A DNA stretch of 64,000 nucleotides from Eledone cirrhosa (GCA_964016885.1 OZ024740.1:169756001-169820000), one strand, 5' to 3'. Positions 46,198-61,640 are shown, numbered from the stretch's first letter. Numbers and translations are program-made. Notes: generated from the letters alone by a model not told the origin.

Positions 46198-46525
46198 GCT
46201 GCCAACTCGTTTTCGAGTACGGCCACTACTTTATATCCATGTAGGAGAACCCCTACCGATGCGCTGAACGAGTGTGACTTTTCAGTCCAGCCAGCGACTT
46301 GAAAACTCCGGTACACATACTACACTTGTGACAATTATTGATCATAGTGCTGGGCCCAAGGTACCATGTGACAACAAGTGCAGAGAGCTCTCCAGATACA
46401 AAGCAATGCGTGTGCCGTGAAGCTTTTATAGTGAGCAAAGGCACTGCACAAAGCCAGTCCCACTCTCTTAACCAAGATGATATTTATCAAAAAGCAGAAC
46501 AAGTCAACATCATTGGATACCATCA
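46195..46525 (-). mobile_element. 5'-truncated copy of the RTE-derived bipartite element
   Basis: Reverse complement of 8436-8768; encodes [23 protein letters not shown]. Confidence 0.75.
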
Positions 46526-46546
46526 TATATTATATATATATATATA

Positions 46547-46912
46547 GAAAAAAAGAGATGAAATCGAAAATGCAACCGGAGTCTTATTTTTTTTTAAAAT
46601 ATATATATTTATTTCGTTCCTTTACCGTTTTCGCAGTTCTTCTGCTTTTCAAAAGGTGAGTTGAGATGGAGGGTCTGTGGTTTTTCTCACATCTGATGTG
46701 AGAAAAACCACAGACCCTCCATCTCAACTCACCTTTTGAAAAGCAGAAGAACTGCGAAACCGGTAAAGGAACGTAATAAATATATATATTTAAAAAAAAA
46801 ATAAGACTCCAGTTGCATTTTCGATTTCATCTCTTTTTCTTTATACTTTCACTCGTGTAGGACACCTCGGTTATTTTTCATTTTGTAAAAAAAAAACCTC
46901 ACTTTCTAATAT
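46547..46912. repeat. Fold-back (~145-bp arms, 1-nt centre at 46694) of the 13742-13955 element
   Basis: Centre TTTTTCTCACATC-T-GATGTGAGAAAAA. The arms differ at a few positions, and the right arm extends to (TA)n. Confidence 0.88.
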
Positions 46913-46933
46913 ATATATATGTATATATATATG

Positions 46934-46970
<37 letters not shown>

Positions 46971-46977
46971 GTATATA

Positions 46978-47058
<81 letters not shown>

Positions 47059-47101
47059 GTATATATATATGTATATATATATGTATATATATATGTATAT
47101 A

Positions 47102-48742
<1,641 letters not shown>

Positions 48743-48754
48743 GTATATGTATTG

Positions 48755-48792
<38 letters not shown>

Positions 48793-49016
48793 TATCTGGA
48801 TGTATGCGTATGTGTATATATATATGTGTGTGTATATATATGTGTGTGTGTATGTGTATATATGTGTGTGTGTATGTGTATATATGTGTGTGTGTGTGTG
48901 TTTGTATGTGTGTATGTATATATATATATGTGTGTGTGTGTATGTATGTGTGGGGGTGTGTGTGTATATATATGTGTATGTATATGTGTGTATATATGTG
49001 TATGTACACATATGTG

Positions 49017-49055
<39 letters not shown>

Positions 49056-49191
49056 GTGTATCTGGATGTATGTGTATGTATATATGTGTGTGTGTGTATA
49101 TATATGTGTGTGTATGTGCATATATGTGTGTGTGTATGTGTGTGTGTGTATATATATGTATGTGTGTGTGTATGTACGTGTGTATATGTAT

Positions 49192-49239
<48 letters not shown>

Positions 49240-49623
49240 ATATATGTGTATGTATATGTATATGTATGTATGTGTGGATGAAGGTATGTGTGTATATATA
49301 GGTGTAAGTGCACTAAATCCCTTTCTATCAATCTCCCCTCTCCTACCTACCACAGGAAGATATATGTATGTATATTGCTTCCACCCCCTCATTGACCAGC
49401 AGCTGGCCATCTGGCCATTGCTAAATTTGACCTTTATAACATAACCCACACCCCCAAATAACTTCTCATTCACTACCAGAAAGGCACCCAGCAGTCAACG
49501 AGCTGCTAAACGAGCTGCTACCAAGATGAAAATTACTGTGAAATCCCACAATGAATTTTATACTTGAATTTTCAAATCTCAAATTTTAACTCTTCTTATT
49601 ATTAATTTTTCTTAATATTAATC

Positions 49624-49671
49624 AACATTTGAAAAGATGGCTTTTGGAGACCCATCGAAACCGGTCATTTT
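49624..49671 (+). ncRNA. Type I hammerhead ribozyme, family G, U3-A8 variant, in a ~510-bp element (49300-49815)
   Basis: AACAT-TTGAAAA-GATGG cttttggagac CCATC-GAAA-CCGG-TC-ATTTT. Stem III is palindromic with a GUC site, and stem I has one mismatch. Confidence 0.65.
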
Positions 49672-49846
49672 TTATATTCTTTATTATTTCCTTACCTTAT
49701 AAAATTAAATGTTTTTTCACAAAAAAGTATTCTGTCTCTTATATATTCCATGTGCCATTACCAACCTCAATTTTCTCTATAACCTTCGTTTTGTGTAGTA
49801 AATTACACTTTTCATATATATATATATGTATATATATATGTATATA

Positions 49847-49927
<81 letters not shown>

Positions 49928-50054
49928 GTATATATATATGTATATATATATGTATATATATATGTATATATATATATATGTATATATATATGTATATATA
50001 TATGTATATATATATATATGTATATATGTATGTATATATATATATATGTATATA

Positions 50055-50098
<44 letters not shown>

Positions 50099-51198
50099 CA
50101 CTAAATCTACAATGTTAAGTTTCCCCACAACAAGATGGGTCCTAAATTCGTGCATAATTAAATACAATGAAAGTAGGAATCTGGAATAATAATAAACAAG
50201 ATCAATAAGATGTGGTAGCTTTCAAACAAAACTATAAATTTTCAGAAGACTATTTTATGCTTGGTCAATATTTTACTTTGTTTTGGTTGTTTCAAAAATT
50301 TGTGTGTAGGTATCTGCCAGGTATTTTACGACAGTCTGTAGTTTGTATGTTTTGATGTTTAATACTCAAGTTCTAAACGCTCCTCAGAACACACTGTGTC
50401 AAGGCAATAATACAACTTGATTAATGTTAGAATTCCACCATTTGAAAATAAAAATAAAGATGTTTTATGATTATGCTGCATTTCAGCATGTACAACATAC
50501 ATTAATAATGTTTATGAAAGAAGTGTTTATCTTTACTAAGTTTGCATATAACAAAAAGGAACACAGTCAAGTTTTAAATATGCTGTAAGTAACAAAATGA
50601 AAATATCATTTATTATGATTAATATTTTGTTTTTCTTTACTAATACAAAAGAGTATACTTTGAAAATAGGTTGTATTATCGGTTGATTCAACACAATTTT
50701 TCATAATTACGTCAATATTAATGAAATGATGAAAAGCACAATGGACTTAGTTCTGAAAGAGATGAAACTATTATATGATACATCAGCTATCTTAACGCTC
50801 TATAATATTTAGTTGAATTCACTACCAATGTGTGTATGTCGGTATGCACCCAGAACTCCTGAATAACTCGCAAGGCACTGTAGTGACATATGGCGTAACT
50901 TGCATATTTTTTATTTGGCGGAGCCTATCGCTCTCTAGATTTAGATACGGTGGATTTCTTCCAGAGAAAGAAAGATTGATATAGAAGAAGCGAGAAAGAG
51001 ATATAGAGAAATAATCCAATCGAATACTGGACAGTTACGGTTTTTATCGACCTCGAAAGAGATGTAGACTTCGGTGATTTTAGATCTTAGAGCAAAGAGC
51101 CGGAATGATTACAGCAAAGCATTCTTTCCAACTTTCTAACGACTTTGCCGCCTCTACAATTCTTTACAATATTTTAAAAGTAAAAAGCTAACACATAC

Positions 51199-51528
51199 CA
51201 GCTGTTATTCGCATAGGTCGACTGATAACTTTCCCGCCTTTATTCTTCGCAATGCAACGGTATTCCTGTGAATGAGCATCCGGCTGAAATACGTCTGGTT
51301 TAAAGGGAAGGAAATACAATGTGTTGTTTGGCAGTACATCAAGTACTTTGGGAATGTCATTGACGATTGTTCCATCCTTACGTATCCAGTAAAGTTTTGG
51401 TGTTGGTAAACCTTGTGCTGTACAATCTATTGACGCCCCTTTTGTATTGGCGAACACAACTAAGTTTGGTACGTCTTCTGTGAAAACTGGTCCATGTCTA
51501 TCAGCCGATGGTTCTTCTGTTGTCAGAG
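51199..51528 (-). CDS. Dscam: Internal coding exon encoding the first Ig domain (Ig1) of a Dscam-family cell-adhesion receptor
   Basis: The translation GPVFTEDVPNLVVFANTKGASIDCTAQGLPTPKLYWIRKDGT...NNTLYFLPF...EYRCIAKNKGGKVISRPMRITA matches the Dscam Ig1 pattern (GPVF..EP...V.FSN..GA.I.C.A.G.P.P...W...DG...L.F.PF...Y.C.A.N..G.I.SR). On the minus strand the acceptor is tttctcttgtag| and the donor is G|gtatgt. The exon is 330 nt with phase 1-1 boundaries. Confidence 0.9.
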
Positions 51529-52934
51529 CTACAAGAGAAACAAGCAATAATTTTAGAAAATATCAAAATGATGTCTTCTTACATAAGCACAAGTTTATGA
51601 ATTTTCAATTGTGTCAGAAAAAATTTCATAGTAACTTTATTTTATCAAAATCGGAAGAATAAGCAGTAAAGTGCAACTCGGTCGAATTTGAACCGTGGAA
51701 GAACGCAAGTAAATACCAAGCATCACTTTGTCAGACGTTCTACTGATTCTACTTCTCCACTGCTTTGTGAAATAACGATAAAGAATAATGAAAATAACTA
51801 TTTCAAATTTGTGGATGCATTTTATTCTTTACGTGAGCCAGATAAATATCTGCTTAGTAGATATTACCTGTTGAACTAAGCTCTATGGTTGTGTTTAGGA
51901 ATAGATTTACACATAAACTGTCTAGACGACATGTTGATGCGATTTAACAATTAACAATGTTATTTTCGTATAAATATTCTAACCGATATATATATATATA
52001 TATCACTTCACTGAGTATAAACAAATCTACACAACTAGGTGCCAAGCTTTGTTATCGATACCAAACATATTGTACCTGGAATATAAGATTAAAGAGATGA
52101 TACAAATATATTTATATATAAAATAATGTATCCTCCGTTGATTTCGACGATGAGTATTTACTTGTGTAATCAACTGAATATCCTACTCGCTGAATTAATA
52201 TGGGACTGTTTGAACATTGCATAAAATCGTGAAACACTAACATACATTTCAGGACAATATATGAATAGTCAGCATTCTTTGAATTACATGCACAATGAAT
52301 TCAACGAATTTGAACATACTTCCCATTTACCCAATTTCACTTCTAATGTTTCTGTCGACCTAGAGACATGATCAAAGTCACCTAACCGAAGATACCAGGC
52401 AATGGGTTCAAATACAAAGCCTTTTGATTGCGAGAAGTTATTATCCACTCAACGATCACTTATCTTGATTAATGATTAGGGCCAGAGATTTTGAGACATG
52501 CGACAGTATCAAATTGAACAATTGACCCCAGTATTTGTATATCTATCGATTCAGAGAATGATGAAAAGCATAGGTTATGGTCCTTTGTGAGTCATGGCTT
52601 ATCACTTTGATCCGTAATAGTCTGCTATATAATTCGATAATCTCTTCATGTTTTTGTATTAAACATATAATCCATGATTAAGTGTACAAATAAATTCAGT
52701 TTAATTAACTACAATACATTCTTTGGGATTATGAATTTAAACATACTAGAGAAATATAAATAACTACACATTTAGGCTTACAATATTGTAAGTTGCTACA
52801 CACACACACACACACACACAGACAGGTACACTTGCATTAATAACGGAATTTGTGTCGTTTTCAGCTATGATTGTTCTAAATATTTCATACTGGAGTAACA
52901 TATTCATTGAGAATCAGAAAACAAAACTATAGTT

Positions 52935-53090
52935 ACGCATTATTGCAACAAAGAGTTACGGCCGTTTATGGTCTGAGTTCAAATCCCGCCGATATTAACT
53001 TTGCCTTTCATCCTTACGAGGTCGATAAAATAAAGTACCAGTAATACACTGAGATAATTGTTGGCCTTGTGCCAAACGTAGAAACAATTA
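52935..53090 (+). mobile_element. 5'-degenerate Nin-like SINE
   Basis: B box, core and tail present. Confidence 0.8.
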
Positions 53091-53146
53091 TATATCGCTT
53101 ACCCCCCCCCCCTATCTCTCTCTCTCTATATCTCTATATATATATA

Positions 53147-53310
53147 GTGAGAGATTGAAGAGTAACATGGTCGGCTGTACAACAAGGGGCTTTGTTTCAA
53201 GTATTAACAATGGTTTCATTGATCAGGTGAGTCTAGAGGCCGCTAATCGCTCGAAGTTGAAATAAAGCCCCTTATTGTACAGCCGACCATGTTACTCTTC
53301 ATTCTTTCAC
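53147..53310. repeat. Inverted repeat with ~54-bp arms and a ~56-nt spacer
   Basis: GAAGAGTAACATGGTCGGCTGTACAACAAGGGGCTTTGTTTCAA pairs with TTGAAATAAAGCCCCTTATTGTACAGCCGACCATGTTACTCTTC. Confidence 0.85.
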
Positions 53311-55892
53311 TATTATTACTCCAAGTATAACCTGCATTGGAATTCTCGCGAACTCGCTGCATAACTATGGAAACATCTTGTTGAGTCAAACAAATCCGTA
53401 TGTTAAAACTATCCACGACACAGAGTACTCATAACCTCTAACTGGATTACCTATAACGATAACTTTTTATCCCATATACATATATATGTGTGTGTGTGTG
53501 TGTGCGTGTGTGTGCGTGTGTGCGTGTGTGAGAGAGAGAGAGAGAGAGGGAGAGAGAGAGAGAGAGAGAGGGAGAGAGAGTCTGTGTGTGTACGTGGCTG
53601 TGTGTATGCATGCGTACGCATATTTATGTATATACACAGCAGATCTACCCACTACTCGTACATGTTGTCGATGAAAAGAAGCTGCTAGCGTTTTAAACAA
53701 CCCTTCTCAATTTCTGATGAAGGACGTCTTGTGGGGGTTCTTCTACGATTACACATTCGAAAGAGAGAAATGGATTGGGGGAAAAGAATCGTCTACAGTC
53801 TTTGATTGCTATCTTAATCCATCGTGATTGATGAATGATGAAATGTAGGATTTGAATTCAGATCGAAAAGTGTCTCAACAAATGCCACAAGGCTTTAACG
53901 ATTCTCCCATGACAGGATACTTACACAACATGAATACAAACAACTAAATATTAATCGAAGCAATTAGAATCTTTCCGTTGTACCTCGGATTTCTAAAAAC
54001 AGCAGTAAAACCCCTTTCAAATGACAATCCACTGTCTAAAGAAAGAGAAGGTTATACATGGTATACGAAATAGCCCAATGACCACGGCCAAAATGTGTCA
54101 ATAGGTCAGTTCAATCATAGGCCATAAAAGTGTCATTGGCCATTTCTATCAGATCTGACCTAAGGATAAACACTTACAATTGAAAGTATCAATATATCAT
54201 GTTTGTAACAGCAAATGTGCGTGATGTCAAGACATGCTAAATTGATTAGGGTGTTGAGATTGTGATCGTAAGAATGTTGTATCGATTCCAGCTATGCGCA
54301 GCGCGTTTGCAAGTTGATCTTGTTCACTCATCTGAAATAAATGATTACCATTATCAGCTGTAGATTGATCCTACAATGAAGTGGCAACTGTTGGTCTTGT
54401 ACTCTCAGTCACGTAACACCAGTATAACCGGGATAAGCTCCGGGCTGATGAGTTTCAAAGTTTGGGACAGGCTGTAACTTAACGATCACTTTGTGATATT
54501 ATCGAAGAAAGCTTCATAACGAAATGAACGTTCTTTCGTTATGTTGTCGTTGCTATTATTGTTTAGCTTCGTGTGAGCTCTGATTGATATGGCGCATTAT
54601 CTAAGGCATTCCAGCCATGACAACCATGTATTATTTGTTTTCTGATACATCTTCTTTACGTTCATATTATCCAACATAGACTGTCTTTTACATGTTAGGG
54701 TGTAATTTGAGAGGCGTTTAATTGCTCCTGCCTAGGAGGATGACTAACCATGCACAGATAACTATTCTTATCATTCGAATTTCACCATGATTAATATTAA
54801 CTTACAGCTTTCCCGAGGCAATATATTAAGTACCAGTTATGTCCACACACCATCGTTCGAAGTGCCTACATTTGACATCGAGGCAACAAACGTGGTATAA
54901 TCGACAGAGCGTCAAATTAAATATTCAAATCTACCCGAGATTAACATAGCTTTTCATTTTCCTGGAGTCAATAAACTAAATAACTTCAGTGTATTTCCGG
55001 GGTCAATACAATAAGTAGCATTCAAGGATTTGGAGCTATTTTAATCAGCCGTTCTCTCTGCTAAAATATGTGAAATTCTTAAGTCAAAATCAGTATTTAG
55101 TTTAATGACTGACAAACACAGACACACAAATATGTGGGAATGTGTGGGCATAGATTTATATATGTAAACATACATACATACCTACATAATTCTCTATATA
55201 TATTTTCCTTCGCTCTGACAAGCACATGCAAACACATATGTGGATATGTACGCATACATTCGTATAAGCAAAAATACATACCTCAGCGTATCTATACACC
55301 TTTGATGGGATTAACCATGAATGGGAAAAATTATAAAATGATTCCTTAAATTGTTAATTCGGTTTAAGCTGATTAACGATTTTGTAGGGATTTAATCAAC
55401 ATTATACATTCCAGTATTTATATTTTTTCAGAGAAGAGCATTCTGTTTGAGGTTTTAATTAATAATGTAAAGGAAATAATATAATGCCTCTGCAGAATGT
55501 AATGTAGATTGATTATTATAGAAATTATAGGAAATTATAGAAATGATGAAAATAAGTATCATCATATATCCATACATCCCACCATATGGAAACACTAAAT
55601 TACTGATAGATTAGAAAGGAATGTATACCTGGTGGATCCCATCTCTCTCCAAGTCTAATCACAGCCGATTTCTTCAAAAGAAGGGAGAAAGAGAGGGGGA
55701 AAGAGAGGGAGACAAAAGGGGAGAGAGAGGGGAGAGAGAGAAGGCGGAGAGCGAGAGCAAATTCGAAAAATAGACAGGAAGAATTGACTATTACTGACTC
55801 TTTATTTATCGACAGCAATATTTGAAAACAGTCGGAATAAACACCACAAATTCGCTGTCTGATCACCAGAAATCGTTGCCCTTATATCTAAT

Positions 55893-56537
55893 GGTTTCTG
55901 ATTTAGATATAAGGGCAACGATTTCTGGGAGGGGAAAGTTAATTTAATCGACCTCAGTTTGTTACTGGTATTTTATTTTATCGACCCCGTAAGGGTGAAA
56001 GGCAAAGCTAAGCTCCGCGGTATTTGAAATCAGAACGCAAAGGGCCGTAACTCAATGCCGTGAAGTATACTGTCCAATGCTCTACCGATACTGCCAATCT
56101 ACCGACCTTATTACCATATATATAAAGATTTTTTTATTTCGGCACAAGACCAACAATTTTTGGGGAGGGGAGAATCGATTAAATCGACCCCAGTGCGTTA
56201 CTGGTACTTTATTTTATCAACCCCGCAAGGAACGTAAAGAGTCGTAACTATATGCCGCTAAGCCTATTGTCCGACGCTCTACCGATACTGTCAATCCACC
56301 GCCCTTATCCTCATAAATATAATGACAACAGTGCCACCAGTTCTTTGAGAAAACAACACCATACTTCGCGACTGGGCAAATCAAAAGATCGAATTAACAA
56401 AGGCAAACTTTGTTCCATCATTATAGTTTTCTGTTTTGAGATTGACTTTGCAGTTCATCCTTACGGGGTCGATAAAATAAAGTACCAGTAATGCACTGGG
56501 TAATTTGCTGGCCTTGTGCCTAAAGTAGAAACAATTA
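55893..56537. mobile_element. Cluster of Nin-like SINEs (55893-56107 -, 56135-56304 -, 56438-56537 +)
   Basis: Family head, core and tail motifs present. Confidence 0.85.
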
Positions 56538-56665
56538 TATTTTTCTATTTTTTTTTTCTATTCAATGTCTAACTGTCTGTCGAGGTCATACCTATTGAAT
56601 AATGGTTATCACCGAAATATATATAACAGCGAAGTTAATTTAAAACCTGTTGACTCACACTTCTT

Positions 56666-56739
<74 letters not shown>

Positions 56740-57016
56740 TATATATATATAAATATATAAATATATATATATATATCCATTTAGCTTTGGTCGCTCACCA
56801 CTGGATAGAACTGGTCCGGCCTCCTGTCCTTTCACTCAATAAAAAAAATATATATAGATATATACACACACACATATATATATACATACATATATATATA
56901 TATATGTGTGTGCGAGTGTGTGCGTAGGTATATGTATATATATATATAAGTATATATATATATGTATATATATATAAGTATATATATATATGTATATATA
57001 TATATATAAGTATATA

Positions 57017-57060
<44 letters not shown>

Positions 57061-57299
57061 AAAAAAAATATTGTGTTTGTGTATATGTGGGTGTTCGCGC
57101 GCGCCCGCCCACCTACGCCAGACGCACACATATATATCAATCAACACTCGCCCCCCCCCCCCCCATATATATATATATATATATATAAACCATATCGGTT
57201 AAACACCGCTTCATATATATGCACAATGTGTCTTTAATCTCACGCTATGCATGAACCAAACCAACCCCTTATTATCCTACCCATACTAAAGATAAAGTA

Positions 57300-57830
57300 A
57301 AAACTAATCATGTCCTCCAGAACTGTACCCAGATGGTCACACCTATCCACAACAATAACCAAATCTATACTAATTACTAGTATGGAGACACCTTCATATT
57401 ATGTTTTCTACATATCTGCAGCAGTTTGTACTTCATTACGTAATTATTGCACCTACAAAGTCCAACCACCAGTTATCAAACTCAAAGCATATGACCTCAA
57501 CGAAAAAAAAACCCGAAAGCAAATTTCATTTTGTCCTTATGATCATTTTATAGTTATATGCTATTAACATTATAACAATCTCCCATAAATGTACTACCCT
57601 CTTAACGATTAAATTCACAGCCGCCTAAAACAATATCTCGTAATTATCTGTTAACCCGAGTCCAAATTTTTATCGAGATCAAAAACTCACTCAAAGAATA
57701 GAGAAAGCCAAACAATTCTAATATGAAACCATAACCCAACCAACACTTTAAACACATTCCCATCTTAACCATTAAAGTATGAATTTGAAAAGTTCCGACC
57801 AAAAATAAATGATAAGCTGACTAATAAATA
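57300..57830 (+). mobile_element. Possible highly decayed PLE endonuclease 3' end
   Basis: Frame-broken HLQS.NHQLSN...QRKK.ESKF...IN resembles a GIY-YIG C-terminus. The match is weak. Confidence 0.3.
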
Positions 57831-58792
57831 AGTAATATATTACATTACTCAATGTATTTCCACACCTTTAAGACAAATTGTAAGTTGAAGGAAATTTGGT
57901 TGCTATTGCTCACAGTTTATGCGCAAGCGTAGTCATTCCGACTTTTCGTACAGTGCGCGGTGATTTTCTGTGTCGACATCACGTCTTCTTTTATATTTAA
58001 CACTAAACAATATCTGTAGCAAATCAGTTTGAATTATTGTATAAATTAGATAAGACTACAATTATGAATAATACAATAGATATTTAATTCAACACAATAC
58101 CATAAAATTTCTTCGTGAATGTCATGAATGACACTTTAAATATATGGAAATATTTAGGAAAATTACACATGAACTCTAGTTGAAATGTAGGCTAGAGTTC
58201 ATAGCAGTAAAACACTAACATCTGATCTGCACCTGTTGTACTTTTCCAGCAACACACCGAACACCACCAATATCATCACTACTACCACCAAATAACAAAA
58301 AAAATAAGGAAAAAAGAAATTACAATAACCGATTTAAACAGTTGTGCAATTTAATAAAAGACAGCTGATACTATAATTAAAGCTGTACGGTAAGCTGTAG
58401 TAGAATAACTTATAAAGTTCTGCAGCAATTAATTGTTGAGTGACGAGACAATCGATGGCCTAGGTAATCTATACCTAACTAACAGTAAAAGTTTGTCCCT
58501 CGTCGTTACTGACCAGTCGATTACTGCAGTATTAAAGTATAAATGAACGAACTGTATTGATTTTCACGATGAGTTAAATCGAGATTAATGAAGAGGCAAC
58601 GAACCGGAAAGCCACTCCCCAAATTGAGTGTATAGGCAGGTCGTTTCCGCTTTATAAATTACATTAACAGGAATACTGGCTGTCTCCCCTTCTCCTACTC
58701 ACAAATATATACTCACAAACATGAATGCATACTAACATACAGGCATAGCTTGCAAATACATGAAGAAATTTACATCTTTATATATATATATA

Positions 58793-58956
58793 CAGCGAAT
58801 ACCATTATAACGAATTTTTCAGTATAACGAAATATTTTCAATCCCCGTGGTAATAACAAACAAACGATCGATTTGCTTCGGTCGATTTCGTTATAAAGAA
58901 TTTTTCGTTACAAAGTATTTTGTTATACCCCGTGAATTTCGTTATAACGGAATTTC

Positions 58957-58960
<4 letters not shown>
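58793..58960. mobile_element. Tc1/mariner (pogo/Tigger-like) MITE
   Basis: TA-CAGCGAATACCATTATAACGAA ... TTCGTTATAACGGAATTTCACTT-TA, with internal TATAACGAA sub-repeats. Confidence 0.75.
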
Positions 58961-58999
<39 letters not shown>

Positions 59000-59305
59000 C
59001 AAAGTGAAATGACAGGAGGCCAATTCTGTTCCTTAATTTTTTATTTCTGCAAAGACTTTGCACATTTCAGTGGCCAGATTGCGTAAGAACCCAATGGCCT
59101 CATTATGTGTAAATTGCGTAATAGATTATACCAACGGAATGATGGTAAACTTTAAGGAAACAAGCAAAGAAAACACAGAGAGGAACAAGTTTGTGTTTAT
59201 GTTTTTGACCCAGAAATAGACGAAGCCACCTTGCTACTCCGTCTCTCTCTTTCTCTCTATCTCTCTCTCTCTCTGTGCATATACATATACACGCGTGCGC
59301 GCGCA

Positions 59306-59389
<84 letters not shown>

Positions 59390-59679
59390 GTGTGTGTGTG
59401 TGTGTGTATGTATGAATATATATCACCATAGCAGTAAATTTGCAAGTGAAAAAACGAAACACCTCTTCCTTGTTGGCTATCCTTTGGCCAATTTCATTAT
59501 ATATCTAATTAAAAATATATCTTTATGGGCTTGGTGACACTTTTCTTTTCTCTATCAGACACTCTCTATCATATATACATATACATTTTCATAGATACAG
59601 AAATATGTAACAGCATTCAAATGAAAATGAAAATAATTAGCTAAAATTAGAGTTAGAAATAAAAAAATGTATCGTACAG

Positions 59680-60114
59680 AAAATATTGACACTGGGTAAT
59701 ACGCAGGTTTTATGCTATACAAGTAGAAGGAAATACAACCATCACCTAGATGCAGTAATAGGAGGCGATAATATGAACATTCTATGTGACTTCCCTGTGA
59801 ACACCGACAGAACGATCAAGGCCGACAGACCTGATATAATTGTGAAGGACCATAAAAAGAAAACGTGTTATTTAATTGACATGTGCATTTCATGAGATCT
59901 TAACATCTCGAAAGTGCTCAGTAATTATAAAGATCTGACAATTGAAATTGAGAAAATATGGCATTTTAAAGCCTGTACAATACCAATAAAAGTCCCTGCA
60001 CATGGAATGATAAAATATTTCGACCAGATACCTGGAAAGCCATCTCTGCTTGAGATAGAAAATATAGTGCTTACTGGCACTGTCCATATTCTGAGAAGTG
60101 TATTATCAACTTAA
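59680..60114 (+). mobile_element. Decayed R4/Dong-clade non-LTR fragment (restriction-like endonuclease)
   Basis: ILCDFPVNTDRTIKADRPDIIVKD.KKKTCYLID...LSNYKDLTIEIEKIW...LTGTVHILRSVL. Confidence 0.85.
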
Positions 60115-60276
60115 TTTACTGTTATTTATGTCCTTTTGGCATTCTTTGTTTGAAAATTGATTGTAAAATAAGTGTATTACCAAATTTTGCCTCCGGTGTC
60201 AAGTTGACATACGGCATGATATGGGAAAGAAGCAGAATTCAAAGGAAGTTTCAAATGACAATAATACTAATAATAA

Positions 60277-60480
60277 TTGTTTCTACTTTAGACACAAGGA
60301 TAGCAAATTGAATGCGGGCGGAGTCGATTAAATTGACCCTAGTGCATGACTGGTACTTTCTTTTATCGATCCCGTAAGGATAAAAAGCAAAGCAGGATAT
60401 GAGCTCAGAACGTAAAGAGTCGTAACTCTGTGCCGCGAAGTAGGGGGTCTGGCGCTCTACTGATACTGCCAATCTACCCT
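60277..60480 (-). mobile_element. Nin-like SINE
   Basis: Family motifs present. Confidence 0.8.
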
Positions 60481-61379
60481 TATTAGTCAGAGGAGCTTGC
60501 ACACATAAATACAGCAAACATAAACACTGGAGTTACACTATGTAACATTGAAGAAACTTATATAAAAACCAGGCTATTGACAAGGATGTTATAAACAGAC
60601 GCATTTATTTGATAAAACATGAAGCAAGTATTCAATTATTATAAAACAATAATTAACACGAGATATGATATAAAGCATAAAAACATTTAGAGTTAGCAAC
60701 CCACACACATATGGGAACCCACTAGTTACGTCAAGTCAAAACACACCGCATTTCCTTAACTGTTAACTGTGCATTGAGCCTCACCATATACAATCTTGTG
60801 AGTGAGGGTACCGTGCACTAATTCTGGCTGTATCTTTGTTCCCACCTCGCACCCAATAGCCAGGCAAATGGCTCCATAAGCTATGTCGTTTTCTATGCTT
60901 AAAGCTTTAATCCAGACGTCAGATACCGACTCTTTCAATTACATTTTTGATGGCATAAACATGTCCCTTTCTCTTTGTGAGACGAAGTTAAATCAGTTTC
61001 CACCGTGCCTGTTTCTAAATATATTCTTTAAGTAAGAAAATACAATCTTTTTGATCATAATGTAAACACTGCTCTGTTTTACTCTATACATTGGTCATGT
61101 TAAAAAATTTAATATTGGATGGTACATTGGCCATGGATATTTGTGTTTGTGTGTTTGTGCCAAAGTATGAGTGTGTTATTATTTTTGTTATTTATGCAAC
61201 AAAAATTATCATTTTTTAACATAACATTGGGGCTATTATTAACTATACCTTCGAGTGTTTGTTTCGATATAGTTTTTGTTTGTTTGTCTTTCTCTTAACT
61301 GCTTCTCTTTTATGAAGAAAACGATGAAAAATATACTCAAAGCAGAAATGAAGAACACGCTAAACCTAAACTGGAAACG

Positions 61380-61640
61380 GATCTCCCGAATACCACGCAT
61401 AAATGATCACAAAAAAAAACACATAGCCAATACATAGCCAATACACAAACAAACTGAATAGGAATAAAGTAGAAAATCCACATCACTGTCTAAGAAACGC
61501 TGGAATCAAAGCCGGGACTGATGGATTTTTAATTGCAGCACAAGATCAATGCCTCCTCCATCAGAAACAGCCAAAAGTACACAATAAAGAATAACACATT
61601 AAGTACTATCAAAATATGTTGCGATCAAGAGAAAATCAAT
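61380..61640 (+). mobile_element. Decayed R4/Dong fragment (region before the zinc knuckle)
   Basis: CLRNAGIKAGTDGFLIAAQDQCL matches the WL....LK.ETEGFI.AAQDQ.L motif. Confidence 0.7.

Noticed and set aside
53708-53772. CTGATGA...GAAA motif
   Set aside because: There is no stem III or UH cleavage site, and stem II does not close.
60756-61015. Unique-looking segment with a 60-aa minus-strand ORF
   Set aside because: It has no recognisable domain or convincing splice pair; it could be UTR or regulatory but this is unsupported.
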